NCBI GenBank assembly: GCA_030704615.1 | Contig: CM060731.1 | Coordinates: forward strand, 70,804,001 to 70,868,000 | Direction: 5' to 3' | Source of the DNA: Takakia lepidozioides | Taxonomy: Eukaryota; Plantae; Bryophyta | DNA: 64,000 bases | Part shown: one piece after another, positions 27,682 to 39,869 of the stretch | Layout of the letters: each line of letters starts with the position of its first letter | Position numbering within the stretch: the first letter of the stretch is position 1 | Translations under genes and position numbers: made by a program | Notes under the pieces: generated by a model | The model's database searches: none | Told to the model about the DNA's origin: nothing | The model's input: the letters and a program-made list of their open reading frames with translations, nothing else

Positions 27682-30600
27682 TCAATAAACATGCAGTGAA
27701 GTATCCTTGAACCCTGCAGCAGCTTTATGCTTTTCAAACAGTTCCTCAACAGCACTTAAGAATTGCCCATGCACAGCTGCAACCTGCAAAGGAAAAGAAA
27801 TAATTTCACGACATACCGCCAACAGCCTGCATTTTTATATGGACTGCAAAGCCAGCTTCTAATCAGCAGACAGTCTGTGGCACTCCACACATTACAATCA
27901 CAAAGCAGAAAACGACAGAATGCACAAGTACCAGCCTACCTCTTCCCTTGATGGATTTGGGTTCTTGATGACATTAATCGGCTTCCCAATCACAAAAAAC
28001 ATGGGTTCCTTATATGGAACTGGCCCTCTGCAATTAACCACCCATCATCATCCAGCAAAATTAACACTTCTAACCAGGTGTATGGAGGAAGAAGGGTCTG
28101 TACTGTGGTATCTGTGAGAGAGAAAAGAGATAATCGGTACAACCAAAACACCAATCAATGAAGGTTATTAGATTTCACCAGCCCACAAGGCATGCTGGAG
28201 CCATAGGAAAAGGGCTAACGAGAACCAGTATAAATCATATAGAGGTTGAGTAAACTTGTTCTTGCCTGCTGGACATTAACTATTACAGACACCCACACAT
28301 GACAAGGGAAGAATTGTTATACCCATAGTTGCCCCAGAACACGAGAGGGGTGAATCCCATGGAGCGGGACAATCTATTGTACCACTTGCCACTTGGTTTC
28401 CACCATCGGTAAACATTAGTCTGCACAAAGACAGCATAGCAAAGTAAGCGGAAATTGTGTGGGAGAGGTTCAGATTTATTTTGCCTATTGGCAGAAAATG
28501 GCTGGAAGCAATGGCAAAGCCAGCAGGAGGCCCAAATCGTCATCCAGTATCCCTTGTTGAGGGTTTTATAATGGAGCACAGAAAATATGACCACATTGGT
28601 GAACATCTGGGAGACCACTACAAATCTCACACCTGCCAGGGACCATGACTGCCCGGCCCTTCAAAATGGTCTGTCATCTAACCTCTTTGGGACTCTTTTC
28701 ATGACCTATTGACTTCACCAAATCAACTGAGAGTGGAATGCAGGACTGTACTTGGCCAAAGCAGAAGGTCGGTACTATTGCCGCGCCTGATTCGATTGCT
28801 ACACGCACAAACCCATATCTTTGCTTCAGAAAAACCACCTGCTGACATACCACTAGTCATCAGCACAAGAACAGATCCAGATATCCATGAATGCATCACT
28901 GTGGAGAGCTTCTCCTCACAAAACCCTGTTAACCAACCTAAATAACAGTAGCTAGTAACACACTGATATGTTTTCCACCAACATGGAAGAAACTTAGGAG
29001 AATAACCAGAAACAATTCCAGACATGTCTGGAACCTCTTGTAAAAACAACTTTGCATGACTACTGACAAAGGGAGGTGGGACTGCGAACCTCACGGTCAT
29101 GCTGCATGTACAGGCACTCTTGTACGCCACCTGGACAAATGATAGTGCTGTATCCAGTATCAAGGAGTTCACGGAATTGCTTTCTTGACACGGGTACTAC
29201 GCCCAGCCAAGACCAGATATGCCGTACTATGGGCGTCCAAAACACCTGCCTCTCCATCCAGACAGACTTAGACACAGTTTATCATGTTTATGCTTTCGTA
29301 CAATACAGACCGGTATTTTCAAGAAACTCATTTGTGTATTCACATCAAGGTCGTGATCTCTGTCGTTTAGCAGGGCAAATATAAGCCATTCAATGATTCA
29401 GTTGCACACATTATGTACAACACTGAGCCTGGAAAATGAGTAAATGGTAAATCTTCCAGACTTCAGAAGCAGCCTCAAAATATCTTCCACACACCCGTTC
29501 TTTGCAAGTTCAAATTGTGCAATTTACACCAAACAGTATTTTGGGCATAAGAGAACTTGGTAGTTCAAATGTCACAGAACAGGTAAACACATAAAACCAC
29601 TGTACCTGGCCATCATCCTTCAAAAAATACAATACTGTCCTGTAAACCACCAATTCATTACAACCAAACCCTAACACCAAATTATGTTGAATTTTGTAGC
29701 AAAGAAGACTCAGTTACTCACTGCAGTACTTGCGAGCGCTCGTATTTTGGTCAGAGGCAGAAGACCACTGTACGTAGTGAGTACAATAATCCCTAAAGGA
29801 AGCACAGAATGCGGCTCTGCTGCAATCACTGCCCCATCCATGCATAAATACAAGTTAAATCACAGGCATCAATCTGTGCTCCCTTTTGAGACTTGGTTGT
29901 CATCAGCCTGTAGTCCATTAGATGTCATGAATTCACACCCTCCAACCTTTCATACCCAAGTTAATTGAGATTGCAGATTCCCCCCTGCAAGAAGTTTTTC
30001 ACTGGCACCATGAGATAGATCACAACATAAATTCTTCACTGATGCAAGTACCGTGATCTCACACTCCCATTAACTTGGACTTACCATAGGCATGATTTGG
30101 ATCAAAGGCATTGACATCTTCCAAGATGACCTTGATGGGAAAATATCGAAGGGCATGCGTAACTATAAATCTGATTCTCACACCCAACAAAATCATCATC
30201 ACTTGTGAGAACAAATCTAGCCGACACACATACACAATTCAATCTTGGTGTTTCTAACAGCGTCTTCCAGCCAATGCTCCTGCAATCTTGCTGTAAATGA
30301 GCTCACAGCTTTCCTGAAGACTTGAGACATACCTACAGTATCCAATCCACAATTCCTGCAGATTAGAATTCTCACATCTCCCTTCTACCTCTCTCTTATG
30401 GACAGAGAACATAAACAATGACAAACACAGCCCATATGCCAATCCCTACCCAGTTGTTAGGTGAATTATAGAGCTCGACTTGTTACGTGAATTACATAAC
30501 TTTGCCAAGAGAGAGTTTCCTTTCTTAGTAGTAAATCCGATCTTCACAACAAATACAGAAATGTCCATAACAAACGCATTTCCTATCTGCAGCGAGTCAT

Positions 30601-32236
30601 GAGCACACTACGAGGACAGTATTCAAATCAGCCGACACGGTGCAGCTTTAAATGACAATTAGGCCTTTCAAGTTTGCAATGGACAAGAGACTGGAGAGAC
30701 AGACATCAAAGCAAATCAATAGCAACCACATCAACACTTTTGTCCACAAGCCCTTTACCTACAGAAAAAATATATCAGTGTGAGAGCCCAGTAGACTCTG
30801 AACTCACATTGAGAGGTAACCAAAGGTGAAATGTGATAGGCGTGTCCACATTAAAAAAGAGCTTTCAAAACATGAAAACTTAAACACCAGGACAAAACAT
30901 CAAGGAACATTACATGGACGAAGACATATAAAAAAAAGAGGAAGGATATCAGAAAGACTGTTGTCTTTGTCACTTCGTGAGTCAATTCAAGAGTATGACC
31001 AATCAAATATATTATGCAGAGCACTGACCAGCTGCTATCCCCCCACTGACTTCATCAGTTCCCAACAGAGGGTGCCAATGTATAACAAGGTATGAAGACT
31101 CAAAACAAGACAGTTTTAGCATTCAAATCGTATTTGAGGCTGAACCTCACTCTGAAACCACTAAAAGTTGGGGCACGTTTCGGTTTCCAAATCTGATTAC
31201 CTGAGAGGACCTGCTTAGGTTTAGGCTCTCTTCTCTGTAACAGAACTGTTCAACGATTGAGGACAAGCTTTTCTGTAATTGGAAGACGTCAATTTGGAAT
31301 CTTTGGCATCAACTTGGTAGTTTGCTGACATTACTGCAAAAAAATCTTACTGGAAACCAGCCAATACCTCAAAGGCTTGCTAAGTCAATACATGTTTGGA
31401 CGATTTCAGGGTCATGCCTGTAGCAAGTGAAAATGACAAAAATGGCTGAGACATTTGCAATAAGGTATTATAGAAAATGAAGACATGCTTGATGAGAAGG
31501 ACCTCGTTGCACAAACATTGGGCAAGCACATCAGAATGAAGCATACATGAAGGATTTTGGCAAGGAGCTCCTTTAGACTTATGAAACGGATGTAGAACCT
31601 TACTTTGCAACTCGTGTACCCAAGGGACCATCCACACGGACGGGTACGAACATGAGCCCCAGCCACACTCCCAACAATCTGCAAAATCCATCATCTCGTG
31701 TCCTCTCGCCGTGTCAGACAAGGATCAATTTCTGAATGCCCTAGAAGAAGTCCTTTCCAAATTGTTAGTGACCAGTGGGGCAAACAGTAACAATCCAATC
31801 AGCACACATCGCAGTTCTCATGGTGAGAGGGGCCCAAAAATTTAGCCTGTAAAGAATACTACTCCTGACGCCTTCAGATACCCAGCCCCAGCAACTTCCC
31901 ATGACTCAATTGTTCACAATGTCATATTAACTCAAAAATCAGCGATAGGTACGTAACCTCCGCCCCCTGCCTTCACTCCGTGCACAACACTGAATATGCA
32001 TCCAACCTGCCACCTAGCTGCCAGACTCCTCTTTACCCAACAACAACCAGCAATCAACCTGTCTGGAGAAGCGCACTGTGGCAGGGAAGAGCTTACGTCC
32101 AAGCCCAAGGGCGAGGCAAATTCATCAAAGACACAATGGTGACGAAGAAGTTGAGGTGAAAGCCCCCTAACCACAGCAGCAAAGCCAGGCTACCCAGCAC
32201 CCCTCCCTTCCCCATCTTTCCATCGCCCTCCGCCAT
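27682..32236 (-). CDS. DGAT2: Diacylglycerol O-acyltransferase 2 (one early exon not resolved)
   Basis: YFP motif, plant-type EPHS ([11 protein letters not shown]), [39 protein letters not shown] and VIGKPI. Confidence 0.9.
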
Positions 32237-33026
32237 TTTTCGCCACAGATCAGCAGCTTCAACTCTCAATTGCTCTTCCAGCAACACACCTCGACAGAAT
32301 GCGGCCGCAACCCAATTCCCAATCGGTGGCCTACATCACTAGCAACAAGTGCTCTCTTGGGGCAGAGCTGCAGCATCAAACGCAGCAGCTTCCACGGTGG
32401 ATCCCTCGCCGCACCTCCATGCCCTGCTAACTGTCCTCTTCACTCTCGCTTCCAACAACTCGTTCACACCTGTCTGCTCTTTATCACCGCTATCGTTGGA
32501 CTGGTGACCTTTTCAATTATTTTTGTTTATATTCTATGTGTACTATAAGTATAAATCATTCTTGTTTTTGTTTTTGTTCTTTTTTTAAGGGAAACACCTG
32601 GGAGCGACATTCTTGTTGATCCTAGTATGAATGGATTTGACCCGAGAAAGAAAGAAAAACAAATCAAAAGGATCACAGTCCAAAGCTTAAGAATGTATGA
32701 TGAGGCCATCCTTGGGCATAATTGCACGTATCTCACTTGTATTTCGGTGGAAGTGGCTCTTATTTACGTTGGCTTGGGTCGGAGTCTTTTCTCTTCATGG
32801 ATGACAGAATGTTGAGTTTTGAATGAATAAATATTTGGAGGGACGGGAGGCTTTTGACAGCTCCATTTGTCCGGGAAAAAGAAAACATAGGACAAGAGGC
32901 CCCTAAGTTTATTTCAACCAAACAAGAACGATGAGTTTGTCATATATGGAACATGTGCTATAATAAGTTGGAAGTATACGACGATCTCATTTTATTACTA
33001 AAAATATGCTAAGCTTCAAACAGGCT

Positions 33027-33100
33027 GTCGGTTCGGTGAACCAGGTGGTGGATAGTGCAGTCTGTGCCACCCAGGTGATTCTGGGTTCAAATCCTGCCAT
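33027..33100 (+). mobile_element. tRNA-derived SINE-like head
   Basis: Box A-like CCAGGTGG and box B GGTTCAAATCC. Aligns by eye with 38960-39033 (-). Confidence 0.55.
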
Positions 33101-33364
33101 ATGCTTAAACGTACATTGACGCCCGATAGTTGGATTGCTTTCCAGGCATTCACTTACATAGAGGTGGATTATTGACGGGAAAAAGTCATAGTGGTCCAGA
33201 TCGACTTTGATTATTTTGATCTACGGCCTAGATTGATCTTGCTATTCCAAATTCGGAATATGTGTGTGGAATTTTCAGTGACATCATATTCTGAATTCAG
33301 AACATGGTAGATTCCTGGCCTCTAAGGGCGCCCTCTTTACGTGACACGATTGTTTTCAGGTTTA

Positions 33365-34257
33365 GGTTAACCGGGACCGGGTCCATTACTGCAAAACCTG
33401 ACTTGGAACCGGAACCTGCCAATGGGGATCGGCGCAGAACTGAACCAGCGGTTCATGTTGGGTGTGAGAACTGGAGAACCAGGGCGCATGGGGATTTCTT
33501 AAACCCTTGGTGCGCCTTGGCATAACATGACATAAACCGTGGAGAGCTGGTGGCCCCATGGCAAAACTTCTTTAATGCTCTCAAGCTCCATGAGATCGTG
33601 GATTCAATGCTTGAAGGCCATGAGATTCTATGTTCAATGCTTCAACGCCCTGAGATCTTGGGTTCAATCTCCAGCTCCATGATATCCTGGCTAAGTTCAT
33701 TATAAGAGAGAGAGAGACTCCGACCGAAGCCGGCGTAACTAAGAGCCATTTCGGAGTGCCCCCTTTCGGAGTGGACCCTATACTAAGTTCATTAATCAAA
33801 ATATTAGAAGATGCCAATACTTGCCAGATAGCTGAATACCGTAGTACCTTGGCAAGTTCAACACTCTTCCGTCGAATATTTATTTTATTTTGAGAATTCC
33901 ATGTCGAAATATAGAATATTCCCAAAGATACTCTATTATCATTTACGAAATTATTTAATTTCATAAAACTAATTTCCAAAATTTTCAACAGTCTTTAAAA
34001 TATTAAAATTTGTGTCGAACTTGCCAAGGTACTACGGTAGTAATTTCAACCCATAAAATCTGAACCAGAACCTAACTGGAACCGGTGGTTTTTATCAGCA
34101 ACTAACCGGTAACCGGAACCGCCCCCATGTTTAAAAGTTGGATCCAGAACCGGCTCAATAAAAAAAACCCGGAACCGTATCCGGAACCGTCTCTTGAAAT
34201 AATTGTGGAACTAGAACCCAAGGTTCCTTCACAAATGCAAGAACCGCCCAACATTGG
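33365..34257. repeat. GAACCGG-rich subterminal-repeat element (hAT-like non-autonomous TE remnant) with an internal ~30-bp tandem repeat (33580-33690)
   Basis: Clusters of (G)GAACC(G)G at 33365-33480 and 34060-34250. CCATGAGAT...TTCAATGC units in between. Confidence 0.45.
33839..34037. mobile_element. MITE (Tc1/mariner-like), TA target duplication
   Basis: 26-bp TIR CCGTAGTACCTTGGCAAGTTC(A/G)ACAC with one mismatch, flanked by TA. Confidence 0.85.
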
Positions 34258-34357
34258 ATTCTGTCAGTCTCTGACTTTTTCGAACAAAACAAATCACAGA
34301 CTTGCATCCCAGATGCAGATCTTGACAGCACTTTGCAGGCTGCGCTGCTGTGTGATA

Positions 34358-35039
34358 CCGTCCCTGGACAACCGTTTAGGCATTTTTGCGCCTAATAATA
34401 AAATCAATCAATCAGAAAATTAGGCATGTTTTGAAAACAATTTCTCAAATTAGGCATCTTCATGCTATAAGTTTTTAGAATTAGGCACATGAGAAGAGAA
34501 AGCATTTATTTTCTTAAGAGTATAATTACAAAATAGACACCTAATGCCCATGGGCCCTTCCAGGTTCCAGCTACCTTTCATTTCCTAAAAATGCCCCTCT
34601 TTGTTGTACGCGGTGCTCCAAGGCTCAAGCTCTCCGATCCCTCTCACACTTTAGGTGAGTTCAATATTGATAATCCACACTAGTGTAAGCACGTTGGTAC
34701 GGGGCTTTGGTACATTGGTCATTGGCCCAGGCACACTGGTTCAGGGCTTTGATACATTGGTATGGTGGTGCATGGTGAAACCTCTTACATAATGGTACTC
34801 TTGAGTTGTGGTTGGTAGGCTTTTATTTCCACACACATATATTTGTATTGATTTTTGCTTAAAGAAATTTTGATCTTATTACAAACAACATGAGAAGAGG
34901 CTTGGAAGTTTTTTGGTGGAATTTTTGGGCATTAGGCACTTTGGTCCCATAATTTCCCAACAATTAGGCCAAAATCTGAAAAATTCACATAATTGATCAT
35001 TTTGAATTAATTATTGCCTAAACGGTTGTCCTGGGACGG
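34358..35039. mobile_element. Non-autonomous TIR element (Tc1/mariner-like), TA target duplication
   Basis: 25-bp TIR CCGTCCC(T/A)GGACAACCGTTTAGGCA flanked by TA. Confidence 0.85.
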
Positions 35040-35340
35040 TATCCAATTCTCATGTGCACGCCAAATTTGTACAATATGCTGGCCAACACCTGCCCAATCT
35101 CGCACAAGAGAAGCTTCAAGACCTGTGAGACTTAGAGACTAGTTTTCCTTCTCGGAAGTGCAGTTCAGACTTGGAGAGAGTATATTGGGCCCGTAGGCAG
35201 GCCCAGACGGGGCAGGAACTCTAGAGATTGCCCGCATGTTATAGATTACAACTTGAAAGATGCAGGCTTATCAACATTCCAACTCTTCTGTCTCTTGAGT
35301 GGGATATAAGAAAGTGAGGAAGACTGAGTTCCAGCATAAA

Positions 35341-37372
35341 ATGGCATGGGTTGGGGTACCGATCGCAGTCCATAGCCGACTGATTCTTCTTCTTGCAGTC
35401 CTGTCAGCAATCCGGAATTTGATCGGTGGCATTCATGGCAGTTCGATTGCCCCCGAGGTCTGCGATGCATCGGGGTGTACCGTCTCCAGCACATATAGGC
35501 TATGGACAGATAGAGTCCCCTGCAAGATGGCAGAAGTGGTGTATCCCACCACCGAAGAAGAGCTCATAGCAGCGGTTGCAGGTGCAGTGAAATCCAACCG
35601 AAAGATTAAAGTCGCTAGTAAGGGGTGCCATAGTATCCCCAAGCTTGTATGCCCAGGTGGAGATCAAGGACTTCTCATTAGTACGCGTGATTATGCGTCC
35701 AACATTATTGTAGATGAAGAAGCTTTAACTGTCGCCGTGGATAGCGGCGTGCAGTTGAGAGACTTGATTGACAGACTTGCGACTTATGGGCTCGCCCTCC
35801 CACACTCGCCATACTGGGATGGCCTTTCAATTGCTGGACTGCTAGCTACTGGTGCTCACGGAAGCTCAATATGGGGAAAGGGAAGCGCAGTGCATGAGTA
35901 TGTGACAGAAATCAGCCTCGTCATTCCAGCACCACCAGAGAAAGGGTTTGCCGAGCTTATCACCCTGAACTCGCAATGCGATGAGAACGCTCTGAAGGCA
36001 GCCCGGGTTTCTCTGGGAGTACTTGGTGCTGTGTCCCAGGTCACCCTCAAGGTGGAGCCGATGTTTAAACGGGCTGTTACAAACACGCTCGAGGATGACG
36101 TTGGTTTGGAGAAAATTGTGTCATCTTTTGCACATGTTCACGAGTTTGGAGACATAACCTGGTATCCATCTCAGTGGAAGGTTGCTTACAGATTGGACGA
36201 CCGCGTAGCTGATAATGTTGATGGAAATGGTAGCTATGAATATCCAGGATTCACCCCTGGTATGCCAAGCGCCTGGATTGAAACACGAAGAGTTGCTGGT
36301 ATGTACCTAACAAATTCTCTTTCCCTTACAGATCTACCATCAATTATAGTTAATAGCACTTGAAGATTGAATTAGTCGACAGATTCTAAGAACTAGATTC
36401 ATGACCAACATCTGAAGCTGTCTCAAATGACAATATCATGCAGGGATCCAGGTGGAAGCGACGCGCGACTCGACTGTTAGATGCGCAACTGCCAGAGATC
36501 AACTCAATATCTTAACGAGCATGGCAAGAGGCTTCAAAAGCAATCGTGAGCCCGAATTCAACGGGTACCCTGTAGTAGGCCAGCAAAACCAGATGCAGGC
36601 GGCAGGAGGATGCCAAAACAACCCTGACCTGCTGTGCCCATGGGACCCACGCTTTAAAGTAGATTTCATGTATGAGGCCTCTCTCTACATATCCTTCACC
36701 AAAATTGAGAATTTCATCTCTGATGTGAAGGCCCTTCGTGATTTAGATCCCGCCTCGTTTTGCACACTGGACATGTATACCGGAATCCTCATGAGATTTG
36801 TAAAGGGGAACTCATCAGCATACTTGGGTCAGAAAGAAGACGCAGTTAACGTAGATATTGTCTCCTATCGACCATACGAAGCAGAAACGGCGAGGCTTCA
36901 CGAGGACGTGTTGGAAGAGATCGAGCAAATAGCTGCCTTCAAGTACGAGGGCAGACCGCACTGGGGAAAGAATAGAGACGTGGCCTTCGAAGGAGCTGCA
37001 GGAAAGATACCCGACCTTGCCAAATTCTTAGCAGTCAAAGACAAGCTCGACCCCAATGCTTTGTTTTCCAGTGAGTGGTCAGATGCGATCCTTGGAATTC
37101 AGAAACCGGGAGCACGAGGCGTGTCGACTGTCAAAGATTTTTGTGCTGTAGAGGGCTTGTGTATTTGCTCGGAAGATAGACACTGTGCTCCAGACAAAAG
37201 TTACTTCTGCAGGCCAGGAAAACTGTATGCAGAGGCTCGCGTATGCCGCTTCGAAGAGGACCCAGAGGAAGGTCATGTGTCACAACAGTCAGAAGCCAAC
37301 ACATTATGTAGCACTGTGGAGAATTTTTTTGAACCAGCACACTTTGAAGCAACAGCAGAGTCCGATGTTTGA
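35341..37372 (+). CDS. GULLO: L-gulonolactone oxidase-like FAD oxidase, 2 exons (35341-36298, 36444-37372)
   Basis: Signal peptide, YPTTEEELIAAVA, HSIPKLVCPGG, PYWDGLSIAGLLATGAHGSS, ARVSLGVLG, RPHWGKNR and a Cys-rich C-terminus. Confidence 0.93.
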
Positions 37373-38959
37373 ATCATCCGCACGAGGACATCACCATTTT
37401 TACATGTTTCTAAGGATCTTCTGCATGTCAACTTTAATACATTTCTGGGTTCTGGGTTTCACTGGAACTGCTAGAGGAGGTAGAGGCGAGAGGATGAGAT
37501 ACAATTGGCAATTTACAAGAATACTAAACAGTAAACACTGTCTAGATGTACTCATTAAATTCACAAGCATCCAACCAGAATTCACAGATCAGAATCTGAA
37601 TCTCAGTATGTGAGATCTGAATGAGCGAGTCTTTCAGTGTGTTAGTAACTAGAAGCCTTGCCTGAATTGGCCTTGTCAGGCTGATCGGGGCAGGTTCTTT
37701 TGACACTTCTCACTTTCATCTGGATTTTGTACTAAGCCATTGGTGACTTTGCCGTTGGCATGAACTGCAGAAATACTATGGTCAGTAGTGTATGTGAATC
37801 TGCAAAGAAAGTCCATTCACATCATTTTCACTTTGAGGCAATTTCCCCATTATAAAGCTAACTCCAACATCTACAGCTTACCCCATCAGAACATGGCCTT
37901 TCGACTTCACCTGGGAGCTCGGTTGCAGCATAGTAACATTTCCAACAAGACCAGAATCTCTAGATAAATTCGCTCGTCCACGCTCATAAAAAAGTACATT
38001 GAGCTAAGAAATCTTTCATAGCTATATACTGTGATGTTGATTTACACAGCTCTCCTCATTTTCAATCTCAAAAAGATAAGACTCGTTCGTGATTACACTT
38101 TTTCATGGTGATGAAGTAGCCAAGACGTGGAATACTTTAGACTCAAGTTCTCCACCAAGCAAAAAAAAAGGATGAGAGAAGACTGTTGAAGTTAAGACAT
38201 CATCAATTGTATATGTGATTTTTGTGAGTTAGAAGTCATTTATGGATAGTCGCCTTTTTTTTTAAAGTTTTTTAGTCGCCTTGATATCCGATTTCTACTT
38301 CTTAGAAGAAAGATATTTCACTATTATAAAATGATAGTTCACCAAAAAAATGCAAACGTTGCGTACAAAATTGTGATTTCTAGCAAGTCTATACTACAAG
38401 AAGAATGAAGATTAACAATAGATGCTAGACGTTTACAACCTGATCTGCGTACGAGAATGACACAACCAAACACATTGCGGCAAAATTAGGTAGTATGCGA
38501 TGACGGATTGAAGTGAAGCTTATACCAAAATCTAACCCTTTATATGTGCTATGGTTCGGGAATATGAGATATGGAATGATAACACAATAACATGTATAGA
38601 TTAAAACACTGACGAATTGAACACTAGTAGATAGACCGAAGAAGAATGTCAAATCTTGTGTTATCTAAACTCTAATCTATACATCAGAGTCATTGAAAAC
38701 AAAATAAGAATCAGGTCTTATTTGTCAATACTCTTGAACATTTACTTTAGCTATATCTTTATCTGATGGCACAAACTTTCTACGCACCATGATAATTACA
38801 TTCTCATCATATATATATAAAGGAAACCACGGAGCAACAGCCCACAATTCAGGGCCTTGAGGAGGAGGAAAAATAACCCCCTTTCATTTATGGGCAATGG
38901 AGGCACACATGACAATAACATCCAGACAGAACGCCACGGACAATCCTCACCTGCGGCAG

Positions 38960-39033
38960 GACAGCGGGTTTGAACCCCGAACCACCAAGGCGGCACATTG
39001 TGCACTTACCAGCCACCTGAGCTACCAACCGAT
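38960..39033 (-). mobile_element. tRNA-derived SINE-like head
   Basis: On the minus strand, TGGTAGCTCAGGTGG (box A) and GGTTCAAACCC (box B). Homologous to 33027-33100. Confidence 0.6.
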
Positions 39034-39142
39034 GTGCAATCATCATATTTGTTCTTGGATGTTGGACAAAGCATAATAAACACTAGGGCTTCGCGTACGA
39101 ATTCTGAAAACATCGTTCAATATTCACAAAAAAGGGTGGATA

Positions 39143-39451
39143 TGTGATGCTACAAAAGGCAAGGGAGGTTAGATTCTCCTTTCCTCTAACGTAACGCCGG
39201 TATCTAGGGATGAAAGCTCGATAGGGCAGGCAACACAAGAGCGGTTTTGCAGATATACAAGCTGTGGCTTCATATCCAGTAGCTTACTTTCTAATTTCAT
39301 TTCTAGGTGGCAGATTTGCATTAGTTTCTTTTGGCTTGCAACTCACCTTCAGCATCCAAAGGTGTTCTTCTACATGATCGTATTTGGATCTGGATGTCTC
39401 TAGTTGTTCTTCACAGGAGTTCAGATTTTCAAACCCGGGGGTAGCATCACA
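39143..39451 (-). mobile_element. Probable 3' LTR of the dUTPase-bearing Ty3/gypsy element
   Basis: 11-bp inverted termini TGTGATGCTAC...GTAGCATCACA. A purine-rich tract (PPT-like) lies on the minus strand at ~39461-39490, downstream of integrase. Confidence 0.6.
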
Positions 39452-39869
39452 TATGTGATGGCCCACTTTTTCCTGCTCCCATTTTCTCCCGAAAGATGTG
39501 TTTTCAAGTATCAGAGGATGTAATGTAGAGGGATGTTAGCAGCTACTCTGACAACATACCATAGCTATACCGTTAGCATACACTTCAATGTTGTGTACCG
39601 TTAACTCTGGCGCTCAGCCTTGCGGTAACCAGCTTAGCCTGCATCCATTAGTGTCTCAACAAATAGTGCTGACTTGGAAATGATGTGGCAGATGAATAAA
39701 AGGGCTCTGGAAAACAGAAGCCGGACCGTATTTTTTCATTGTGTTCATTGGTGGTGTACAAGGTGTTCTGTAGAGACGACGTTGAGGTGACAAACTGATG
39801 AACAAATCCTGTATGTGTGTTTTGTGCGTTGGTGTGCTACAGTAGGACCACCCACTACGTCCTCTGCAA

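Noticed and set aside
38960-39033. Functional tRNA gene (also 33027-33100)
   Set aside because: A and B boxes are present, but I could not fold a convincing cloverleaf or acceptor stem. Treated as SINE heads.
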